DNA from: Phoronis australis
Lineage: Eukaryota > Animalia > Phoronida
Length of the DNA stretch: 64,000 bases
Assembly (NCBI GenBank): GCA_002633005.1
Contig: NMRA01000251.1
Span: 446,636-510,635 of the forward strand
Reading direction: 5' to 3'
This document shows, in pieces, positions 1 to 9,675 of this stretch; the first letter of the stretch is position 1; the number at the start of each line of letters is the position of its first letter. A program made the translations under genes and the position numbers. The notes under the pieces are model-generated. The model searched no databases and had not been told where the DNA came from. It was given only the letters and a program-made list of their open reading frames with translations.

Positions 1-200
1 CTACGCGTTCCGAGTACGAGGTAAGATTAACCGCCCAGGGCGGTTGCCTGTCGTAATAAGCGCCCATGTTCGGTTAACCGCCCACCCTGGATTTCTTGAA
101 ATTTCACGTTTAAGCGCCCATGTCTGGTTAACCGCCCACCCCCGATTTTTTGAGTTTGCCAATTTAACCGCCCAGGGCGTTAACCCGAACGATTACGGTA
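1..200. mobile_element. Right end of a non-autonomous DNA transposon (TA-CCGTAA terminus, pogo/Tigger-like)
   Basis: Repeated subterminal TAA(C/G)CGCCCA motifs ending in TTACGGTA; related to the ends of the 19011-21957 element. Confidence 0.6.
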
Positions 201-2152
201 AATGCCAAATATATGTATAAAATCGTTACTATGATCTTGATTTTTTGGCATTTTTTCGTGTGACTTGTGACAAGCACGGCACCTTCTTTCATTTGGTCAC
301 TTTCCCTCCAATAAATAAAAATGTGGTCCAAGTATCGAAAAACCCAGGCAGCAGTTATGGTGGACTTCAAATTTGCAAATTTCGTAAAAACTGACCAACA
401 CGTTGTGGAAAAATAAGCCCGAGAATCTTGACCCTATCGTGAAATCATTAGCCAAGAAAAACGGTTTTGAAGTTAAGCAGGCGTCGCTTGCCACTTGCAT
501 CAAAGTTCGTTCAGAATGCGCGGTAATAATGTTCTGATTTCTGTTAATGTTATAGAAATAAAGATGATGTTTACTTTATGGTTAGAAAATATGACATACC
601 TGTTTGTATACAGTGTAATTTCAATCATTTTTGCAAACTTGTGAATCACCACATAAGACCACAACAAATATGGCTGACACGTGGGCAGAGGCTCTTCTGG
701 GGAAGGCAAGTCCACACGCTGTCCATTCCGAACTGTGGCCTCAAACGTTTCCCTGTTGTAAGGTATAGGTGCTGTGGTATTGTCAGTGATGTTTTTTGCA
801 GTTTTCATAAAATAAAAGTTTATTGTATTCTCATTGACATCTTGTGATTTCTTCAGAGTTGCAAAAGGTTGACAAAACAGTTTTGGAAAAAGGCAGCACA
901 CATTGGATACAGCGTACTTTTGAGTTTACTAAACAGGAATTAGCGCACGACTTCCATTAATGCTGCCGCATACTGAAAACAAACTTGCTCTTTTTATTAG
1001 CGAGAACATTTTGTGTATTTACGGGTTATTTGCTGAATAATGCCTCCCACTCCCCAGCATATCTGAACCCTACTCTATTGTTTGAAGTTGAACTTTAAAG
1101 CAATAGTGATAAATCGCAACAGAAAAGGCCTAATATTTGTGAGGCACACTCGTGAAACTTGTACATGCGAATAACATCACAGTCTGATACAAATTATTAT
1201 TTCTCACGGTGGGTTTATCGACGTTGTCACTAAAATGGAAGGATGAGGACGGAGAAAAAACAAAATAACTGCTCGCCACCAAGTTAGCTTGGTAAAAAGG
1301 AATTCCTGAATGTTCCAGTGGGTTTTTGCTTGTACAGATTTTTAACATATTTTATTTTTCACAAAACAGCCAAAATACCAGGGCGGTAATAGAAAGATGT
1401 AAGTGGGAATTATTTTTCCAGAAATTTTTTTTTACAAAATCAGGACGACAAATCGTTAACTTACTTGGTAAGTTTTAAAAGAAATTGCCTGGGGTGAGTG
1501 TTTGGAGCACATGACCCAAGACTGTCATGGTTCCAGGAATGGGAGCACATCCATTCAGTTGGTTATGAATAGCAAAAAATACGCCATTTCATCACAAGGT
1601 AGGGCCAAATTTAATCTCTGAACAACGACTAATCTCGTAGTAGACTAGCACCACTTCTATAAAAATCTATGGAGTAGGCCTATATAATTTAATAAAAAAT
1701 CAGTTGATTAGTTTTAAAAATTTCAGTTGATCCATTCTTGTTGTTTTATTTACTTATATATAATAAACAGGAAAGGTAGAATATAATGTTATCGTGTACA
1801 AAAAGTTATGACATCCAGCACAAAAAGCATCCCTCTTTACTGCACCTCACGACATACCCGTAAACCACAAATGCTAAACCATGCAGTTACTCAGACACGC
1901 GGAATTTGTTGTAAATGATGTCTTTCTCAATACTACATGGCAGAAAATAATTGAAATCTCAATGCAAATTGAGAGACAAAATGGTCAACACATACATAAT
2001 AGGACCTCAATGTATTCTAATTGCGAGGTCAGCTATGATTAAAATCTCACCTGATCATTAAATTAGATTTGATTATAAAATTTAATTAGTTATAACAGGG
2101 ATATTTTGAAGTTAATCAGTCATTTCCATGGTTTTCATGTTAACGGCATGAG

Positions 2153-2372
2153 GGAAAGTCCCTTGAACAAGATTTAAAAAAAAAACAATTGGGCAACGAA
2201 TGACTTTCCAGGACATTGTCATAGAAATATTAATTTTAATTGGTAAATCTGACAATAGTTTACAAGGATATGGTCCCAGTTGGTTACTAGTAGCTCAAAA
2301 GGAAAACGCCAAATAGACATTAAACTGTTCAAAGAAAAATTATATAGTAATAAATGACTCAGGGAAATTTCC
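2153..2372. promoter_or_regulatory. Candidate NF-kB sites (2153-2162, 2362-2372) and adjacent AP-1 site (2355-2361)
   Basis: GGAAAGTCCC is the reverse complement of canonical GGGACTTTCC; TGACTCA is immediately followed by GGGAAATTTCC; 330-550 bp upstream of the gene 1 ATG. Confidence 0.45.
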
Positions 2373-2702
2373 TGAAATAATGAATGCATAAAAGACAATA
2401 GGCATTCAAAGACTGAAAATGTCTGGATAGCCTTTAGAAAGTTATCAAAAGAATTCCACGCTTCAATTTACCTGGGCACAAGTTAAATATGATTATAAAG
2501 CTTAAACAAACAAAACGATATGTACCCTTTTCAGTTACTGATAAAAGAACATGTGACGTAGCAAAAATTCCTGGCTGTAAAATCAAGACAGTCTCAGCGT
2601 GTCAGCTTCCATAGGTGCTGAGAAAAAGATAGGGGGGGAATACTTGGGGCAAAATGTAACAAACGACTCAGAAATCTCACGTGGAGACCACTAGGTGACA
2701 AC

Positions 2703-2849
2703 ATGCCTCGGCAGATGACAAGACGGCACCAACAAGTACTAAACAAGCACATGACATTCCTGCAAGAGAATGTGATCCTTGTTGGAACTTTCTACGGCAG
2801 TCTGGTGGAGAAGGAGGTCCTTAGTGATGAAATGATTGAGAAGATTAAG
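2703..2849 (+). CDS. CARD-coiled-coil gene 1, coding exon 1 (CARD N-half)
   Basis: ATG at 2703; 49 codons MPRQMTRRHQQVLNKHMTFLQENVILVGTFYGSLVEKEVLSDEMIEKIK, then donor AAG|GTAGGA (phase 0). The pattern resembles helices 1-3 of RAIDD/caspase-2 CARDs. Confidence 0.85.
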
Positions 2850-4154
2850 GTAGGATAGATAATGGTGTACACGAAGGAGTGACTAGGGAACATACAGTGA
2901 AAGGGACTTACACCGTGTAAACTGTTAAAATGGTCATTTTTATTACTTTTCAGTAACTCTCTTGTTGCTACAAAAGTTCAACCTGTTTCCAGGTATTGTC
3001 ATGTTGAGTTGCACTGTACACAATTTGGGAAAGGAAGAAAATGGTTCTATTAGTGTTTCTTGTTGAGAAACTTCAAGCGTGAAAGTAAAATTCAACTCGT
3101 GTACCTTATTGTGTTCCAAAATAAAACAACTTTACTATCTGGATACAGTCACATAGACACAAGATGAAGATTCTTGGGAATGTAGTACTGTAGAGTGTAA
3201 GGAATGATGGCAAGCAGCAATCTAAACATTTAAAGTTAAAATTAAAATCATGCAATTATAATAAATAATTATTGTGAACACTAAGCCACACCAGCTTGCC
3301 AAGTGTTTTAGTTAGACCAGACAATCAGACAGCCTGAAAGAACCAATAAGTAAATTAGAAAACAATAAAACAAAATACTGATGCAACACAAAACAGTACA
3401 GGTACTAAATCTTGCCTTGTCACACTGTAGAAATAAACATGAAGGTGTCTAATCCCAGCAAACAAAGTGAATATCCATGTAAGATGAACTATAACAAATA
3501 TTTGTACAATAAAGTTGTTGACTTTGCAATAGATTTATGGAAGACTTGACCTTCAGTTGCACAATGTTGCACCCCACCATTGTGTCTATTTAAATATAAA
3601 TCACACTGATCCAGCAATGGTACTTTGTTAGCATAGAAATCTAGGTGTAAAAGGATTTGTGATGAACTAAAAATGTAGTTTCTCACACATCAGCAGAAAA
3701 CGATTTGCTTGTAAACTGACTTAAAATCACTTTCAGCTCATAAGAAGAAAAATGTCTATAGTATTTCATGAATATGTTTTACATTCTGAACTATTTTTGA
3801 AACTTAACAGCATCACTTAATGGGTCCACCCAGATGAATCAGAACAAAACATGACTCCATTGTGACCCTTGGCCTTCTTAGAAGACACCGGCATGACTTC
3901 TGAGAGCAAATGATAAGGAATAGCCTATCGTTCCAAGTTAACACTTAGGGTGCCTAGATGTTAGACGACTAAAAAATCAGGGGATGGAGTTGAAGCCAAG
4001 CATGCACATTTAAAAACAAAATTTTTAAGTAGAAGGTGGGAGTAGGTGGGCCCAAATGGTCTACTCTCCAGCACTCATTAGTTATTTAGTATTCAGTATT
4101 ATTACTAATTCATCAGATACAGAGGTCTTTACCCGTATTTCCCAACTATTTTAG

Positions 4155-4311
4155 GCTGAGAAAACCACAAGTGACAAGATCCTAAGGCTAATCACTCTCC
4201 TCAAGTCATGTGGACCAGATGCATTTGACAAGTTTGTAGCCACTTGTGAGAGCACGGGTCAGACACACATCTCAGAGACGCTGCAGACCGCCGACATTGA
4301 ATCACTCGAAG
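4155..4311 (+). CDS. CARD-coiled-coil gene 1, exon 2 (CARD C-half)
   Basis: Acceptor TTTTAG|; AEKTTSDKILRLITLLKSCGPDAFDKFVATCESTGQTHISETLQTADIESLE contains the CARD motif LL..xGP.AF..F; donor G|GTAAGC (phase 1). Confidence 0.88.
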
Positions 4312-4923
4312 GTAAGCATGTGAGAGACACGTTGTCATGATTTGCTCAACATTGCATGAACTTGCCTACAAATCATTTTATGACAATTACATATGAGGGG
4401 GCACATAGTACTACCAGATGTAAAATGCCTTATTACTGACGTGAAGCCAATGCCATTGTTTAAAGACAATAAATATGCCTAATGGTTGTATTCAACTGTT
4501 CTCAATTAACTAGGCCCTAGTATGGTTGTATTCACTGGCAGTTTGCCATCGCATTTCATGCAACAAGCTTCGAGACCAGATAATTTTACACAAATACATG
4601 AATAATGCGATAATTCATTAGTAATACTTGTGTATCAGATAAACAAGTTTTCCGAACTTATTTCAAAGCAAAAACAAACAAACACATTTAGATGACAATT
4701 GTATAGACACAGGATCTCTTCATCATCACAAGTATTCCATTGATGGCATACTTTTGAAGATGAACAGTGTCGTTAATTTTTCAATATGCAATAATAGAAT
4801 TAACAGATATTGATCCACTGTAACATATATGGAACTTGAACAACATCTTATCATATTTTGCAACACACATAGATCCATTGTCACATGTGGATCCTAATCA
4901 ACGTCTTGTCTTATTTTCCCCAG

Positions 4924-5077
4924 ACGTTCCCTATGACAAATCTCGACAAGTGGAAGAAGTGATTGAGAAGACCCTTGGACAGAGAGTGATGAAGACCATT
5001 GGAATGCAGCAGATATCAGAGCTGGTGAAACATCTTGTACTGAAGGCCGACTTTGAAAAGGAGAGGGAGGAAAATAG
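4924..5077 (+). CDS. CARD-coiled-coil gene 1, exon 3
   Basis: Acceptor TTCCCCAG|; DVPYDKSRQVEEVIEKTLGQRVMKTIGMQQISELVKHLVLKADFEKEREEN; donor AG|GTAGCT (phase 1 to 2); homologous to gene 2 exon 3. Confidence 0.85.
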
Positions 5078-5721
5078 GTAGCTCATCGCAACAATACGTG
5101 AAATAATAATATCAATAAGTTTTAAAAGCTTTCATGCTTGGATAAAATTCCCTGTAACAGCCTACAGCGAAGTTAGACTTGACTCATTCGTTGAAGTGAA
5201 AGTAGAAGCTACATCCTTGATTGGTGCATTGTGAAAACAATAAACAGAAGGGATTGCAAATTGTAGAGGTTTCTGGGATCGCTTGGGGTTCAAATAATAT
5301 CCCTAAATTTCCAACGGATATGTGGATTTGTGCAAACACTGATGGTCTTTTCTTCTTCTGTTCTATCCAAATCACTACGACCAAAAGTCAACTTTTTAAA
5401 CTCTTCATTGAATTCTCAACATCATAGAAAATAAACAGGAACTTTTTTAACACAGAATTCAGAATTTAAGGACTACGACACACAAATGATTTTCAATAAA
5501 ATAAGGAATCAGTTTTCAGATATATTATCAGAAAATGTTATCAGCAAAACAGGTTTTGATAGAGCTAGCATGCTATAAAAAATAATATTAGTCCGCAAAT
5601 ACACAGAAGATTCAGGGAAAGTTATGGAGTTCTGCGAGAGTAAACTACATTTTGAACATTTATTGTTATTGAAAATAAAGAAGGAACTTCTCAAGGAAGG
5701 TCCCTAATTTAAGGACTCAAG

Positions 5722-5954
5722 GCAAAAATTCTTCAGTTTGGGGCACAATAAGGTACACAGGTGAAATTTTATTTTTCTAAATTTCTCAACAAAAAGTAAC
5801 TTTACCTGTAGCAAGGTTTGTATGGCTTAGCTTTTAACAAATAACAATTGATAAAATATTGACCATATGCAACAATGTGGTATGTCTTGGATAAATACAA
5901 AACATGACAATTTAAACTCTCAAATTTGTCCCAAACTGAAGATTTTTTACTGTA
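5722..5954. mobile_element. MITE of about 240 bp, copy 1
   Basis: TIR TTCTTCAGTTTGGGGCACA ... TGTCCCAAACTGAAGA; second copy at 7830-8078. Confidence 0.65.
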
Positions 5955-6177
5955 ATCCCGAAATATTTTCATTGAGAATAAGTGATTTTTCAGATATATT
6001 AGGACATGTCATAAGTAAAATAGCTCACAATAAAGATAAGGTGACAGAAAAATACAATACCATGTATTAGAGAATAGACAAATTGTACAAATGCTTTGAA
6101 AATTCTTAAGTTAAAGTCTCCATGAGGAGCCACTGTCCCTTATAAAAAGAATAACTAATTCTCAAATTTCGTTTCAG

Positions 6178-7456
6178 AATCCTGGCACAAGAAATCAAAG
6201 AAAACCTGGAAGATGTGGAAAAGCACAAGATAGAGTTGAAAGATGCCAACAGCAAATTGAAAAATGTTTTACGCTTGAATAAAAACCAAAAGGAGGAGAT
6301 AAACAAATACAAAGACCAGCTAGAAGACCTGTTGATGAAGAGAGAGGAGCCAGTGCCACCTATTGAGACAATGGAAACTAATGATGTGGGAAATACAAGC
6401 AAACTGGAGGAGGAACTGACAACAAAGAACCAACAAATCCAAGAGCTTGAAGACAGGCTGCAAAGTCAAGGCCAGGAGTTCTATGTCATGAAAGGCAAGC
6501 TACTCACTCAGATATCTGAAAGGAACCAGGCCATAGAGCAAGTCAATAAGCAGATGGCATATTTATGCGTGACTGAGACCCCAGGTGATGGTTGCCACGA
6601 CAACAACAACAACAAGAAAAGGAAAGAAGAGAGTAGACAGGTGATGCTTCTTCAAATGAATGTTGACTTCGTGATGAAGAAAATTGAGCGTATACAACGG
6701 GATTTGTTGAAGGCTAACGCAGATATTATCAACCTTCGTGAAGATGAAAAGAATTGTCTCCAATTACTCCACGTTGAACCAACGAAAGAACAAAATACAA
6801 CACTATTGGCTTATCTCAAAAGCTTCCTGTCGGAGAACGAATTGGAACTAGAAAGACAGCGCATACACATTGAAGATCTAAAAGAAAAGCTTATCAGTGC
6901 ACGGAAAACCAAGTCTCTTCTACAGAGAGAGCTGGAGACAATAAAATTTGATAAAGCGCTCATGAAACGTAACCTGCAGTTCCTAAAAGAACAAATGACC
7001 AAGCTGACCAATCCATCCAGCGGAAGTCCAACGACACATCGTAGCCACAGTGGCGGCAGCAACCGAACAGACGACAGCATGGTATCACTACCAAGTCTTC
7101 CAGGAGCTCAACGTCACTACCGTCATCCGGCACTACGTCGGACTGAGACAGAACCGGGAGAGTTAACACAGGGTATCCGCGGCACCTCACTAAAGAGGAA
7201 AGTACGCCATCTATCTATCAACGACTCACTTTTCCCGCTACAACAGCGAACAGTGTGTGTTATGTGTCAGTCTGCCTTCAAGATGGAGGACAATCATGAC
7301 AGCGCCTGCCGTTTTCATGACAACGTTTATGTTAAACAGGAGAGTGATAAAACAGCACGGTGGCAGTGCTGTTTCAAGACGTCGCCAAAAGCAACAGGCT
7401 GCCAAGTGGGCAGGCATCGGCTACGACAAGCCAGAAGCTTGGAAATAAACACATGA
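6178..7456 (+). CDS. CARD-coiled-coil gene 1, terminal exon: coiled coil, Ser-rich linker, CHORD/Btk-like zinc module (spliced CDS 1737 nt, 578 aa)
   Basis: Acceptor TTTCAG| in phase with ORF 6215..7456; long E/K/L/Q heptad-rich region; C-terminus has C-x2-C-x13-C-x2-H-x16-CC-x9-C-x4-H. Confidence 0.9.
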
Positions 7457-7513
7457 ATAGCTGACCAGATCAATGGGAAAATGGCCGACTTTATATCTTA
7501 GTGCTAGTCAGAT

Positions 7514-7665
7514 TTATTTATACTTTTACATTATTTATTCTTAAAATATGCCAAAAAAATATGGTTTTTGGCTTTTAAAAGTTTGCAATGTTCAAACTAT
7601 TTACACCGTGAGTGCTGTATATTGTGCTAAGTGAAGACCAAGTTTTGTGCTATGTAAATAATAAA
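7514..7665 (+). promoter_or_regulatory. Gene 1 3'UTR: ARE nonamers and polyadenylation signal
   Basis: TTATTTATA at 7514, TTATTTATT at 7531, AATAAA at 7660-7665. The AT-rich background lowers significance. Confidence 0.35.
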
Positions 7666-7829
7666 ACGAGTGCCAAAGTTAAGTCTAACCCAATAAGTGT
7701 TATTAAATTATTGCAACTTTTTTGTCACAAAACTAATGTGACGAGAAGCCAAATCAGACTTCGAGAAAGAAATCTGCATTAAAAATATACACTACAAATT
7801 TACCAAAATAGTGTTTCTTGACATCCATG

Positions 7830-8078
7830 TATGGTATAAGTTCTTCAGTTTGGGACACAATATGGCAGACAGGTGAAATTGCATTTTGTCAAATATATCA
7901 ACAAAAATGAGTTTTATAAAGGAAAACTTAGTTTGCTTTTAACATGATGTTTCATATGGCGTAGCTATCACCAAACAACATTTGGTAATGGTTACAGCAT
8001 TTACAACAATGTGGTAACCTTGTGAATAATACAAAATGTGCAATGACTTTTGTCCCAAATTAAAGAATTTTTACCGTG
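7830..8078. mobile_element. MITE of about 240 bp, copy 2
   Basis: Same TIR and internal sequence as 5722-5954. Confidence 0.65.
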
Positions 8079-8620
8079 GTCGGGAAGCTTGTAGGTCCAC
8101 TATCAGTAGTTAGAGATAAAACCTTCAAATAGAGGGCACTTTAAGCAATTTCATAGTCTAGGGTATAAGTACTTTGCAGGTGTCTTGCTAAATCCAAAAC
8201 CGAATTCATGAAAAAGAGAATCGTAATAAATAAAAACAAAAATTAGTAAGCCTAAAAATGATAACTCGGGAATTCATAACTACATGTAGGTTCAAAATAA
8301 GAGAATTTGATAATAAACACTCAATATTGGTAATCAGAACTTCCCTAAACAGATGAAAGCATCGTTCAGCAAAATTCTGACCTCGCTGTGTCAAAAATGG
8401 ATTCTGTGGGTTAAGGCCGCAGTCTTACCCCCAGTTGTCATTCACTTGTCTAAAGCTCGTCAAGTTGGCAACTCGTGAAAAGAAAGAAATGGTTAAGGTC
8501 TACAGATCATTGTTCTGCTTGAAAGATTTAAGTGTAAAGTTGGGTTAATTCCTACTGATAGTCAAATTCCAGGTTTAGCATCCTTTTAACCAAAATAACA
8601 AATGAAGCGTTTTGCTGTTA

Positions 8621-9675
8621 AGGTCTCAAAAGTTATTTAGTGGCCTCCAATCTAACTGATATATCAACAAAACTAGGCTTTGTCAACCAGCAAAAAATGT
8701 TTCATGAAAGAAACAGATCAGGGAATATAAAGACATGTTTTATATTTATGTACCACTGTTTTAGGTTAACACCTTTTTAAGTCAAATTCCATGTTGAAGA
8801 AAGGCAGATTACTAGCAAAATAACCCATTGGTCGATTTTAATAAAACATTTTTGAAATGAAAACCTCACCAGTTACCTCAAAAACGCTGCTAGAAATTTG
8901 CGATCAGCTTTTCGTTTGATTTCTATGACAAATTACCTCGCAAAACGTGGGTTTTTTGTAAAAAAAAATAAAAGTTGTATTCATCTTTGTTACACTACGC
9001 AAAAACTGTGCCTTAATGTAGAAAATCCTAACAGCATTATTGAGATTGATGAATAAATATTAAGTTTGGAAAGTTTCAGCAAAATCCACCATGCCATTTT
9101 CGAGAACTCGTGTTCTCAAGTTCAAATTAAGTCGATTTGCTGAAGCCGCAAAAAAAACGATTATATGCCAAGACATGAAAATCTCAAGGCCAAGTCAAGG
9201 TTGAAGGTCTTCAGTTAATTATTCGGTGAAAACTTGTTTTTGGTCAACATAACCTATACACCCCTTATCCACGTTCATTATTTCAACATTCATGTGCAAT
9301 GTCATCTGAATTTGCAGTGTGTAATTAACTTAATTACCACAACTTTTCATTTAAACCAGGTCAATCTTGTCACAAACAGTGCCAGCATGTGAAGTGGCTC
9401 AAGCTGGGGCATTGTGGTCCAGTTTAAAGTAGGTCAACAGTTCGTTGCTAGACACCCATGGCGCTGGGAGACTGATATGAAAACCAAGTGCAAAATGGTT
9501 ACACAAATCGGGTCGGTGGTTAAAGCACGTTGTGAGCATGAGATTGAAACAGCGAAATGTCAAATTACCCGAATTAAGGAATTAGGGTGAGGATTTATCT
9601 CTTTTCACATCTTGTTGTGTTCGTGAACATTAAGTCACAGAGGCGTGAGGCAACTCGTAGCATTAGTTCTCAACA
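8621..9675. mobile_element. Inverted, truncated copy of the 51108-52435 family
   Basis: TTAA|GGTCTCAAAAGTTATTTAGTGGCCTC start; extended reverse-complement similarity to 51.5-52.4 kb. Confidence 0.7.

Noticed and set aside
500-901. 133-aa ORF and other short ORFs across introns
   Set aside because: No recognisable domain or splice context; many lie within repeats.
6106-7190. Minus-strand ORFs overlapping gene 1 exon 4 (also 18443-18634, 22285-22494, 23439-23666)
   Set aside because: Antisense shadows of E/K/Q-rich coding sequence.
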